The notes under the pieces: generated by a model | What the model was told of the DNA's origin: nothing | What the model saw: only the letters and a program-made list of their open reading frames with translations | Databases searched by the model: none | Made by a program: the position numbers and the translations under genes | Assembly (NCBI RefSeq): GCF_004010195.1 | Contig: NC_057718.1 | Coordinates: 73,717,931 to 73,781,930, forward strand | DNA from: Chiloscyllium plagiosum | Taxonomy: Eukaryota | Reading direction: 5' to 3' | DNA length: 64,000 nucleotides | Shown here: positions 50,491-62,116 of the stretch, in pieces | Position numbering within the stretch: position 1 is the first letter of the stretch | Layout of the letters: each line of letters opens with the position of its first letter

Positions 50491-51866
50491 AAGACAGACC
50501 TAGGCATGCTTGTTTTCATTGGAAGGGGCATCGAGTATAAAGATAGACAAGTTATGCTGCGGCTTCCTCAAACTTTAGTTAGGCCACACTTGGAATATTG
50601 CATACAGTTCTGGTCACCACACAACCAGAAGGGTGTGGATGCTTTGGAGAGGGTACAGAAAATGTTTATCAGGATGATCCCTAGTGAGGGATTTTAGCTA
50701 TGAAGAAAGATTGGATATATTGGGTTTGTTTTCACTAGAACGCAGGAGCTTGAGAAGTGACTTGATAGAAGTTTATAAGATTGTGAATGGTATGGGTAGA
50801 GTGGAAAGTATGAGGCTTTTTCCCAAGGTGGAGGGGTCTATTACGAAGGGGACCCAGGTTCAGGTGAAGTTGGGAAAGTTTAAAAGAGATGTGCAAGGCA
50901 CGTTTTCCACACAAAGGGTGGTGAGTGTCTGGAACAAACTGTCAGAGGAGGTGGTGAAAGCAGGCACAATAGCAGTATTCAAGAAGCACCTGTACAAACA
51001 CATGAATAAGAAAGGAATAGAGGGATACAGATTCTGTAAGTGAAGACAGGTTTTGTATGGAAGGGCAAAATGTGTCAGCACAGGCTTGACGAGCGAAAGT
51101 ACCTGTTCCTATGCTGTATTGTTCTTTGTTCCAGGACCAGGTTAATCAACACAGCAGGACTAGTAGTCTGAAGTGTATTTATTTTAATATAAGGAACATA
51201 ACAGATAAGGCGGGTGAGCTTAGAGCCTGGATTAGTACATAGGATATGATGTGATAACTATTACAGGAACTGGATTGAAAAAAAAGGCATGACTGGTAAC
51301 TCAATGTTCCGTGGTTAAGATTTAAGATTTAAGGTGAGATGGAGATGTAAAATTGGTGAGAGAGTTGCATTACTGACTAAGGACAAGGTACAGCTATATT
51401 AAGAGGACATCTTGAAGAGCTCATCCAGCAATACAATATGGGTAGAACTTAAAAATGAGAATGGTGCAGTCTCTATGATGGAGTTATATTATAGGCCTCC
51501 CGGTAGCCAGCAGGAATTAGAGGAACAGGTATGTAAGATGGTCATAGAAAGATTTTGTAGTCGCAGAATTTGCTAGGTGTATCCAGAGGGTTTCTTGAAA
51601 TAATATGCAGATAGTCCAACTTGGGAAGAGGCCATTTTAATCCTTGTATTGGAGATTCAACCTGGCTAAGTGATTTAAGTTTCAGTAGGGAAGCATTTTG
51701 GAAACAGTAATTGTAATTCTGTAGGTTTTAAGATAGCTTTTAAAAAGGATAAGGCTGGTCTTCTGGTGAAAGTGCTAAATTGGGGGAAGGCTAATTATGA
51801 CAGTATTAGACAGGATCTTCAAAAATTGGATTAGAAACAGCTGTTTGAAGGTAGATCCACATTTGT

Positions 51867-52180
51867 GGGTGGCATGGTGGCACAGTGGTTAGCGCTGCTG
51901 CCTCACAGTGCCAGAGACCCGGGTTCAATTCCCGCCTCAGGCAACTGACTGTGGAGTTTGCACATTCTCCCCGTGTCTGCGTGGGTTTCCTCCGGGTGCT
52001 CCGGTTTCCTCCCACAGTCCAAAAATGTGCAGGTTAGGGAATTGGTCATGCTAAATTGCCCGTAAAGTTAGGTGAAGGGGTAAATGTAGGGGAATAGGTC
52101 TGGGTGGGTTGCGCTTCGGCAGGTCGGTATGGACTTGTTGGGCCAAAAGGCCTGTTTCCACACTGTAAGTAATTTAATCT
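51867..52180 (+). mobile_element. HE1-type V-SINE, full length
   Basis: tRNA-like head, V-domain, tail. Confidence 0.92.
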
Positions 52181-52869
52181 GGCATGTGGTAGTCTTGAAA
52201 AAGCCAGCTGACCACTCCCAGGACCAGCAAGTGAGTTTGAAAGAAATAAAAAGCAAGATTCAAGAACCTTGGATGACAAGAGATATATTAAGTTTAAGTC
52301 AAAAAGAAAAAAGAAGCATATGTAAGACTTAGGAAACAGACCCTTGAGGATTATAAAGGAAGCAGAAAATATCCTTGGCAAGTAGGATGAAGGCATTTTG
52401 TCTAAATAATAGGAGCAAGAGAGTAATAATAGAAAGGGTATATCCATTCAAGGACAAGCAAGAGAACGTATGTGTGGAGCCTGTGGAATTCCATAAAGTC
52501 CTTAATGGGAACTTTGCATCAGTATTCACCAAGAGGACAAAGATGTTTAGTTAGGGGTTTGTTGATTTCTATGGCATGTTGATATTGAGGTGGTCGTGTT
52601 GGGTGCCTCGAAAATCATTAAGGTAGCTAAGTCCCCAGGATCTGATAGGATCTATCCCAGAACACTGAAGGAAACAAAGGAGGAGATTGCTGGGGCCTTG
52701 GCAGAGATCTTTGCATCCCCTTTAGCCACAGCCAAGGTCCCAGAAGACCAGAAGAAAGCCAATGTTGTTCAAGAGGACAACAGAAGTAATATAGGAAATT
52801 ATAGGCCAATAAGCCTTACACCAGTGGTAGGGAAATTATTGGAGAGGTTTTTTAGAGACATTATAAAAG

Positions 52870-53763
52870 ATAGGCCTGGCTTCGCTGCCACAGAATGCTC
52901 CAAATAGTTGGGTCATTTCATATCACCTGTCCCTCATGGAAAACTTTGGAAAGGAAAACACCTTTGACCACAAGTCCATCAAGAAGTGGTCAACATGAAG
53001 CATTCTCAAGACCTTACATGAAAAGGAGAATGTTGATCCTGTCAGGTAAAGTGATTTAGCAGAATGCCTCATTGCCAGAACTTTCGAACAAACACAAGAC
53101 ATCACTTTGCTGGTGGTGAGGGCACTACCTGTGAGATCCTATATATACTGCCCTCAAAGAAGCTGCATAGGGGAACAGACTGTCACACATCTCTTGCTGG
53201 AGTGTATCTTTGCAAAGGAAGTTTGGAAAGAGATGCAGTGGTTTTTGTTGAGGTGCATCCTGAGCAGCTCTGTGAGGCAGGACTCTGTGCTCTACGGACT
53301 GTTCACTGGGACGCACACCAAGACAAACATCAACTGCACCATCAACTGAATGAAAGATGCTTTTTGGTCTGCCCAAAACTTGTTGGTCTTCCAATGCAAG
53401 GAGTTGACCTTAACCGAGTGTTGCAGACTGGCACATTCCAAGGGCCAGGACTACATACTAAGGAATGCATTAAAGCTTCTAGCAACTGCTGCCAAGGCAC
53501 AGTGGGGAAAGATCACTGTCTAAGGTATTTCTGCAAAGTATAATGAGAGTCCATTCAGTTATCAGAGCCTCTTGGTGCCTCAAATGTATGTAAATATTGT
53601 CCTGCACAAGCAAGAAATACCATGGTTTTTTTTCAACAGCAGGCAATGCCAAATTCCAATGTTTGTGTGTTTTTAATGTGCAAAGACTGTACAGAACTGC
53701 TTCAGTAACTATGTATACAAAGGTTCTTCTATGAATAAAGAATATCTTTGAAATTTAAAAAAA
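52870..53763 (+). mobile_element. Tx1-like element 3' end
   Basis: CCHC-type CP..SC.GEQTVTHLLLEC; 3' UTR similar to 44620-44851; AATAAA at 53734 and A-tail. Confidence 0.85.
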
Positions 53764-54321
53764 TTCCTAACACAGACAAGGCCTTTCACATGGAAGCTAG
53801 AGCTACAAGTACATAATTCAGGTACGTAATTCTTTGAAGTTTGGAACACATATAGATAAGGTGATTATGAAGGCATTTAACTTGTTTGGCTTCTTTGCTC
53901 AGACCTTTGAGTATAGAAGTTAGGACATGATGTTGAAACCATACAGGATGTTAGTGAGGCAGTTTCTGAACACTGTGTTCAGTCCTGGTCTCCCTGTTAT
54001 AGGAAGGATATTATTAAGCTGGAGAGGTTCAGAAGTGAGGGGAGGCTGCTCCCATCATAGTTGCCTCCTGAATTCTGAGAGAAATTGAATGACTTTCTCT
54101 GCATGTGAGAGACATTTGCTAACCACATTTTGAGCTATCAAGCATTTTACTTACTTCACAGGCTTTAGTAAGGTGATATTCTGTAGTCTACATACTCCCC
54201 TGAATCTCCTGCTCAGGCTATTATCTGCTCAAATAAGCTTTTGGACACTGGAATTGACCCAATGCAACTCAGGGGTAATACATAAACAGACTACTTACTT
54301 CAGCATCTTGTGTATAATGGA

Positions 54322-54508
54322 GAAAATGAGGACTTGAAGATGCTGGAGAACAGAGTCGAAGAGTGTGGTGCTGGAAAAGCACAGCTGGTCAGGCAGCATC
54401 TGAGAAGCAGGAGATGCCTGATGAAAGGCATATGCCCGAAACGTTGATTCTCCTGCTCCTTGGATGCTGCCTGGCCAACTGTTCTTTTCCAGCACTACAC
54501 TCTTTGAC
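54322..54508. mobile_element. Short fold-back family A element, 16-bp TSD
   Basis: TSD tcttgtgtat(a/g)atgga at 54306-54321 and 54509-54524; core ctgatgaaaggcatatgcccgaaacgtt. Confidence 0.82.
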
Positions 54509-55680
54509 TCTTGTGTATGATGGACCAGTTCACAAATGTCCATTACCCATAAATAGATTTCTCTACCTGGAGAAATCGAGGGAGCACCAGATACCTTCAT
54601 CAATGTATCTCATTTCAGAAGGATGGTAAACTACACTCCAGCTTTGTTTTTGTTACACCAGTTAAGATTATTCAGTGACATTCTGCTCAACATGCTAAGA
54701 TGCCTACACTCCTTTCAGGTTTCTAATTGTCAAAGTGTTAACATCTGGTCTGCCAATGCCTACAGTTTTCTATACTTGCTTTTATGACCATTATATGGAT
54801 GGAATAAATTTTGTATATTGACGGTAAACCCCTTTTGCACTTAAACCAGTTCTGAACCCTTTTTGCGATGTTAAGGAATTGTACAAGACTTGTTTTGTAG
54901 GCAGGTTGAGGTCCTATTCCCACTCCCCAGATCCCCTTACTGAAGGTAATCTTGCAGCAGATTGGTAGCTAGACAAGCCACAATAACAGCTCCCACCCAG
55001 ATAAAACTGCCAGTTCCTAACTTGTTACCAATAGTGTTGGTCAATCGGGATAGTGAACTCACTACCTTGCAAGTAATATTTGATCCCACTGCAATCATCT
55101 GAAACCATAGGTCAGCCTCTGCTGACATTGATACCTTGGGCCCAACGTATCTGCATCAGGCTGACCACAAGACGTCAAGCTTGTACTCAAACCAGATAAC
55201 TAATTGCTTATATTCACCTGACTATGGCAGAAGAATTGTTAAAGTTATGAAACATCCAGCCCATTGGAACACACTATTAAGCAAAAGCCACCCTGGACAA
55301 ACTCTGCATCTGGCATCCAGATTGTAAAAAGGCATTAAGGCCAAGACTCAGAGGTGTCTCCCATCTCCAGCATAATCCAAGCAACTGTACAATCTGAGCA
55401 CTGTTACATGAGACACCTCCACCTGAAGTGCCCTGGACACACATCTAGATAGAATTTAATGGGCTTCTACCTACCACATCTTTATCTTACATACACTGCC
55501 TAGTCTTAAATACACTAGATGAATCAAAACTGGTAAAAAAAAAAGGTCTTCACTCCAGCCAAGCTATTACTGGGTGAGGTGCTATGCAGATGGGGATTTC
55601 CACTCCACTTTGACAGTGACCAGGACTCCCAATTCACCAGAAAGACCTTTTTTGAACTCAACCACCTAATGAAAATTGAT

Positions 55681-55804
55681 TCCTGAAGAAAGGCTTATGC
55701 CCGAAACGTCGATTCTCCTGTTCCCTGGATGCTGCCTGACCTGCTGCGCTGTTCCAGCAACACATTTCAGCTCTGATCTCCAGCATCTGCAGACCTCACT
55801 TTCT
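55681..55804 (+). mobile_element. Short family A element starting at the hammerhead core, 16-bp TSD
   Basis: TSD cctaatgaaaattgat at 55665-55680 and 55805-55820; ctgaagaaaggcttatgcccgaaacgtc. Confidence 0.85.
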
Positions 55805-56164
55805 CCTAATGAAAATTGATCACAAGTCACATGTGACATACTACCCTCAGTCATCTGGGGTGCTGGAAAGGGACATCCAAACCCTCAAAACAATGCTGAC
55901 AAAATTTCTGAGAGAATTATCCCATACAATGGGTGGACTTATTGCCAATGTGCCTCAGAGCCATAGAAGCAACTCCAAGTACAATTGGCATCAACCCTTA
56001 TTGGTATTTTCTACTCAATCTGTTCAGAAAAATTATTAAAACCAGCAGGTGGGATATGAACAGAGGCCTCCTGTCTCAGAGATAATGCCTCCCATTATCA
56101 AACTATAAAGGGTCAGCTGTTAAGAATTCCCGCCTACCTGCTCATTCACCCACTCATCCAGTCA

Positions 56165-56468
56165 AGGGGTGGGGGAGTCCAGATTTAGAGGGCATAGGTT
56201 TGGGATCAGAGGGTAAACATTTAAAAGGGACCTAAGGAGCAACATTTTCACATAAAAGGTGGTGCATGTATGGAATGAGCTGCCAAAGGAATTAGTGGAG
56301 GTCGGTACAATTACAACATTTAAAAGGCATCTGGATAGGAAAGATTTAGAGGGATATGGGCCAAGTGCTGACAGATGGGACTAGATTACAACATCTGATT
56401 GGCATGGACGAGTTGGACCAAAGGGTCTGTTTCCGTGCTGTACATCTCCATGATTCTATGACTCTAAA
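56165..56468 (+). mobile_element. CR1 3' end (followed by a family A fragment at ~56525-56632)
   Basis: GESRFRGHRF...WNELP; ctatgactct tail. Confidence 0.88.
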
Positions 56469-57686
56469 TGTAGATAAATGGAATTGGAGTTTGTTGGTCG
56501 GCATAGACATGGTGAGCCAAAAGGTGAAAGTGAGGACTGCAGATGCTGGAGATTAGAGTCAAGCATGTGGTGCTGGAAAAGCTCAGTGGGTCACGCGGCA
56601 TCCAAGGAGCAGGAAATCAATGTTTCGGGCAAAATGGTGAGCTATAAGGCCAGTTTCTATGCTGTATGACTCTACTGCAAGATCTGGTTACCAGAAATAG
56701 TAGAAATCCATGGTAAAATATCCAGGAAATGAATGAATTCATAGCCAAATACACTGGGAAAAGGCAACACCAAATGAAGACGTACTTCAACTAAAAAGGT
56801 AGGCCATTTGAGTATCACATGGGGGAAATGTTCATAATCCTGAACGACTTAAAGAGAGAACACATCTTTGAACCCAAGTGGGTAGGACCCTATCCAATAA
56901 TTTATAGAGTAAGTCCGCAGTGTAGTTAATTCAGTCAAAAATGGTGGGAAAAGACCTAAATGATTTTATATGAATCAGTTGAAAACCGTAAAGCAATAAA
57001 TACTACACAGCTTTCATGTAGTGTCAACTGGAAGATGCCACCATCCAGACCCATACCAGGATTAATAATACTTATCAAAATCACCTGAATGACCAATATC
57101 GCCACTATCATGAAGCAGGGATCAGCTGAATTGCATGGAAATACAAATAAACCAAATGGATTGAAAACATTACAAGTGTTCAGGTTGCAAAATTCTTATG
57201 ACATGACTATTTATTATGATCAGTGTAGATAGGTAAGATTCACTACTAACAAGTCATTCAGAATGGGGTTCCTGCGGGAAGAAGAATTTTAAAAAGGCAC
57301 AGCAATGCATTAGAGTAAAAGGGTGATACTGAGATTCCAACAAGGATGGGTAAAATTGATAGACCTTGGGTTTGATTTCATAAATCACACCAAAGTCACA
57401 CGAAGAGATGTGGGGATACCACATTTAGGATTATTTCAACAAACAGTGAACTAGCCAATGATGAGCCAAAGATTCCAGGGAATGATAGGATATTTCAGTG
57501 AAAAAAATAATGGAATTCACAGCTGACCATGGAGAAAGTGCGTGGTGGAGCTCACACCATGTGAACAGCTAAGTGGTTAGTTTTAAAGTGTTAGTGCTTG
57601 TTTTTGTAAATCTATAACAGTGAGTGGAGTAACTTTTTGTCATTATATGTTTTTATTGACAGGAAGGTTATAGAAAGAAAAAAAGT

Positions 57687-57956
57687 GGGCGGCACAGTGG
57701 TTAGCACTGCTGCCTCACAGCACCAGAGACCCGGGTTCAATTCCCAACTCAGGCGACTAACTGTGTGGAGTTTGCACATTCTCCCCGTGTCTGCGTGGGT
57801 TTCCTCCCACAGTCCAAAGATGTGCAGGTCAGGTGAATTGGCCATGCTAAATTTCCCATAGTTTTAGGTGAAGGGGTATGGGTGGGTTGAGCTTTGGTGG
57901 GTCGGTGTGGACTTGTTGGGCCGAAGGGCCTGTTTCCACACTGTAAGTAATCTAAA
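57687..57956 (+). mobile_element. HE1-type V-SINE
   Basis: tRNA-like head, V-domain, tail. Confidence 0.92.
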
Positions 57957-57989
57957 CTATAAAATATAGGTACCAAGTTAGCCTGGAGC

Positions 57990-60900
57990 ATGTTTTTAGA
58001 GTTTTCTGGGTGTGTAGATTGTTAAGGTGCAAAGATGGCCTTGAGTAGAGTGATGTGCTCTTCCTGTCAAATGTGGGAGATGAGGAAGAATTTCCATGTT
58101 ATTGATGTTCATGTCTGCAGAAGTGTGTTTTGTTGCAAATCCTGTTGGATTGCATGGATCAGTTGGAGCTGCAGTTAGAGGCAATGAGGAATTTATAGGA
58201 ATTTACAGGAGCTAAGGGGTGTGCTGGATAGCAGTTGCAGGAAGGTTAAAAAAAAAACTGTGGGTACAGACAGTCATCTTCAAGAAAGGTAGTGTAGGAT
58301 TCTCCTAAGGCTATCCCCTATCTCAAACAAGTATGGTATTTTGAAAAATGTAGGGGGTGATGGATTCTCAGGGAAATGTAGCATGCACAGCTAAGTTTCT
58401 GGTACCAAGACCGGCTCAAATGTAATGAGAGATAGGTCAGGTTGCAAGTGATCAATTGTGATAGGAGACTCTTTAGTCAGAGGCACAGATGGACGTTTCT
58501 GTGGGTAACAATGAGATATCAGTATGCTGTGTTGCCTCCCTGGTGCCAGGATGAAGGATATCTTGGAGACGGTGCAGAATATTCTCAAAGTGACCAGCAG
58601 TAGGTTGTTGTATAAATTGGAACTAATGACATAGGAAGAGAAAAAGACAAGATTATAAGGAGAGAATATAAGAAGTTAGGCAGGAATTTAAAAAGGAGGT
58701 CCTCAAGGGTAGTCTATCTCAATTATTCTTGGTGCCATGGGCTCCTGAGGGTAGGAATAGGATAAAGCAAATGAATGCATGGCTGAGGAGCTAGTACAGG
58801 GAAGAAGGATTCACATTTTTGGATCTTTGGATTCTCTTCTGGAGTAGAAGTAATATGTATAAGGAGGACAGATTGCACCTGAATTGGAATTGACTAATAT
58901 ACTGGCAGGGAAATAAGCTAGAGCTGCTCAAGAGGATTTAGACTAGTCAGGGATGGGGGTGGGGGGGGGGGGGACCCAGAGAGATAGTGAAGAAAGAGGT
59001 CAATCTGAGACTGATACAGTTGAGAAAAGGAACAAATCATACAGTCAGGGCAAACAGGAACAAAGAGCAAGGTAAGACTGATGAATTAAACTGCAATTTA
59101 TTTCAATGCAACAGGCATAACAGGTAAGGCAGACAAACTCAGAGCATGGTTGGGAACATGGGACTGGGATATCATAGTGATTACAGAGACATGGCTCAGG
59201 GATGGACGGGACTGGAAGCTTAATGCTCTAGGGTATAAATGCTATAGAAAGGATAGAAAGGGGAGCAAGAGAGGAGGCGGAGTACCATTTCTGATTAGGG
59301 ATAACATTACAGCTGTACCTATTCCTGAGAAAATGTCCAGGGAAGTTATTTGGGTGTAACTAAGAAATAAGAAAGGAATAATCATCTTATTTGAACTGTA
59401 CTAGATATTGCTCACTAGCCAGCAGGAAATTGAGATCAAATTTGTGAGGAGATCTCAGTTATCTGTGGGCGGCACGGTGGCACAGTGGTTAGCACTGCTG
59501 CCTCACAGCGCCAGAGACCCGGGTTCAATTCCCGACTCAGGCGACTGTGGAGTTTGCACGTTCTCCCCGTGTCTGCGTGGGTTTCCTCCGGGTGCTCCGG
59601 TTTCCTCCCACAATCCAAAAAATGTGCGGGTCAGGTGAATTGGCCATGCTAAATTGCCCGTAGTGTTAGGTTAAAGGGGTAAATGTAGGGGTATGGGTGG
59701 GTTGCGCTTCGGCGGGTCGGTGTGGACTTGTTGGGCTGAAGGGCCTGTTTCCACACTGTAAGTAATCTAATCTAATCTGTAAGACTAATAGAGATGTTAT
59801 GGCAGGGGATTTCAACTTTCCAAACATGGTACTGCCACAGTGTTAAAGGCTTGGATGGAGAGGAATTTAAGTGTGTACAAGAAGAATTTTCTGAATCTAT
59901 ATACAGATGCACCGACTAGAGAACTTGAAAAACTTGACCTACGCTTGGAAAATAGGGCAGGTGACTGAGGTGTCAGTGGGGGAGCACATTCAGGACAGTG
60001 ACCATAGCTCTGTTAGTTTTAAAATGGTGATGGAAAAGAATAGACCAGATCTAAAAGTTAAAGTTCTATATTGGAGGAAGGTCAATTTTGATGGTATTAA
60101 GCAAGAGATTTTAAACGTTGATTGGACAGATGTTCGCAGGTAAAGGGACAGCTGGAAAATGTGAAGCCTTCAAAAATGAGGTAATCAGAGTCCATAGACA
60201 GTATGTTCCTATTAGGGTGAAGGGCAAGGCTGGTAGGTGCAGGGAATGCTGGATGACTAGAAAAATTAAGATGTTAATCAAAGAAAGCATGTGTCAGATA
60301 TAGACAGCAGGGATGGAGTGAATCGCTAGAAGAGTATAAAGGTAGTAGGAATATACTTAAGAGGGAAATCAGGAGGGCAAAAAGGGAACATGAGATAGCT
60401 TTGGCAAATAGGGTTAAAAAGATTCTACAAATGCATTAAGGACAAAAGAGTAACTAAGGAGAGAATAGGGCCCCTCAAAGATCAGCAAGGAAGCCTATGT
60501 GTGGAACCAAAGGAGATAGTGGGAGATACTAAACAAGTATTTCGCATCAGTATTTACTGAGAGAATGTGTCATTTTGAAAAATGTCCATATTACAGAGGT
60601 AGTGGCGTTGGATATGTTAAAATGCATAAAGGTGGATAAATCCCTGGGACCTGATCATGTCTACCGTAGAACTCTGTGGGAAGCTAGGGAAGTGATCACT
60701 GGACCCCTTGCTGAGATATTTGTATCATCAGTGGTCACAGGTGAGAGCCATTAGACTGGAGGTTGGCTAACATGATGCCACTATTTTAAAAAGGTGGTGA
60801 GGAAAAGCCAGGGAGCTATAGACCAGTGAGCCTGACATTGGTGGTGGGCAAATTGTTGGAGGAAATCTTGAGGGCTAGGATTTACTTGGACTTAGAAAGG

Positions 60901-62116
60901 CAAGGAATTTGATTAGGGAAGTCAACATGGCTCTGTACATGGGAAATCGTGTCTCACGAACTTGAGTGTTTTGAGGAAGTAATGAAAAGGATTGATAAGT
61001 GCAGAGCGGTGGACATGATCTATATGGACTTCAGTAATGCCTTCAACAAGGTTCCTCATGGTAGACTGGTTAGTAAGTATAGGTCACGTGGAATACAGGG
61101 AGAACTAGCCATTTGCATTCAGAACTGGCTCAAAGGTAAAAGACAGAGGGTGGTGGTGGAGGGTTGCTTTTCAGACTAGAGGCCTGTAACCAGCGGTGTG
61201 CCACAAAGATCGGTGCTGGGTCCACTGCTTTTTGTTATTTATACAAATGGTTTAGATGTGAACATAGCAGATATGGTTAGTAAGCTTCCAGATGACACCA
61301 AAATTGGAGATGTAATTGATAATGAAGAAGGTTACCTCAGAGTACAACAAGATCTTGATCAGATGGGCCAATGGGGTCGAGGAGTGTCAGATGGAGTTTG
61401 ATTTAGATAAATGTGGCAGGACCTATACACTTAATGGTAAGATCCTGGGATATGTTGCTAAATAAAGAGATCTTAGAGTGCAGGTTCATAGTTCATTGAA
61501 AGTTAAGTTCCAGATAGACAGAACAGTGAAGAAGGTCAGTGTACGGACTATAGGAGTTGGGACTTCACATTGCGGCTGTACAGGTCACTGGTTAGGAATA
61601 CTTCATGCAATTCTGGTTGTTCTGAAGGATGTTGTGAAACCTGAAAGGGTTCAGAAAAGACTTACAGGGATATTGCCACGGTTGGAAGGTTGAGTTACAG
61701 GGAGAGGCTGAATAAGCTGGGGCTATTTTCCTTTGACCTTCGAGGCTGAGGGGTGACCTTGCAAGGTTTATAAGATCATGAGGGGCATGGATAGGGTGGA
61801 TGGACAAGCTCTTTTCCCTGGGTGGGAGTCCAAAACTACAGGACATAGGTTTAAGGGGAGAGGGGAAAGATTTAAAAGGGATCTAATAGGAAAATGTTTC
61901 ATGCAGAGGATGGTATGTGTATGGAATGAGCTGCCAGAGGAAGTGGTGGAGGCTGCTACATTTAAAAGGCACCTGGACGGGTGTATGAATAGGAAGGATT
62001 TAGAGGAATATGGGCCAAATGCAGCAAATGGGACTAGATCTATTTAGGGTATTTGTTCAGTATAGATGAGTTAGACCAAAGAGTCAGTTTCCATGCTGTA
62101 CAGCTATATGACTCTA
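57990..62116 (+). mobile_element. Near full-length decayed CR1 LINE
   Basis: CSSCQMWE ~58055; IGDSLVRGTD ~58460; IGTNDIG; APE YFNA, ITETWL, GDFNF, SDH; RT YMDFSNAFNKVPH, PDDTKIG; 3' tail at 62116. Confidence 0.9.
59467..59778 (+). mobile_element. HE1-type V-SINE, full length
   Basis: ggcggcacggtggcacagtggttagcactgctgcctcacagcgccagagacccgggttcaattcc; V-domain; (aatct)n. Confidence 0.93.

Larger units (their letters stand above)
44870..51130 (+). mobile_element. Near full-length CR1 LINE broken by several nested insertions
   Basis: ORF1 45230-46500 (HVGTNDIG); APE IMETWL, YYRPPNS, GDFNF, SDHN; RT resumes at ~49112; GVPQGSALGPLLF; 3' UTR to ~51130. Confidence 0.85.
51135..54035 (+). mobile_element. 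CR1 ORF2 (APE-RT) fragments interrupted by an HE1 SINE and a Tx1 3' end
   Basis: WVELKN..YYRPP ~51440-51500; KSPGSDRIYPR and GNYRPISLT ~52630-52820; resumes at 53790-54035. Confidence 0.8.
54036..57600 (+). mobile_element. Decayed endogenous retrovirus-like pol (tether, RNase H, integrase) and downstream region
   Basis: FSACERHLLTTF*AIKHFTYFTG at 54095-54163; HSPDPLTEGNLAAD at 54921-54962; PWTHI*IEF ~55431; DSDQDSQFT 55612; HVTYYPQSSGVLER 55830; FEPKWVGPYP 56867. Confidence 0.75.

Noticed and set aside
57612..57991. Recurrent short ORFs such as LAWPIHLTCTSLDCGRKP and CWKSTAGQAAS
   Set aside because: Translations of non-coding SINE and Penelope-terminus repeats
58950..58973. G-rich run with G-quadruplex potential
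   Set aside because: Homopolymer expansion at the CR1 ORF1-ORF2 junction; no evidence of function
59467..59540. tRNA gene-like sequence with A/B boxes (also at the other HE1 heads and ~37835-37900)
   Set aside because: Continues into a SINE body or lacks a complete cloverleaf; these are SINE heads, not tRNA genes
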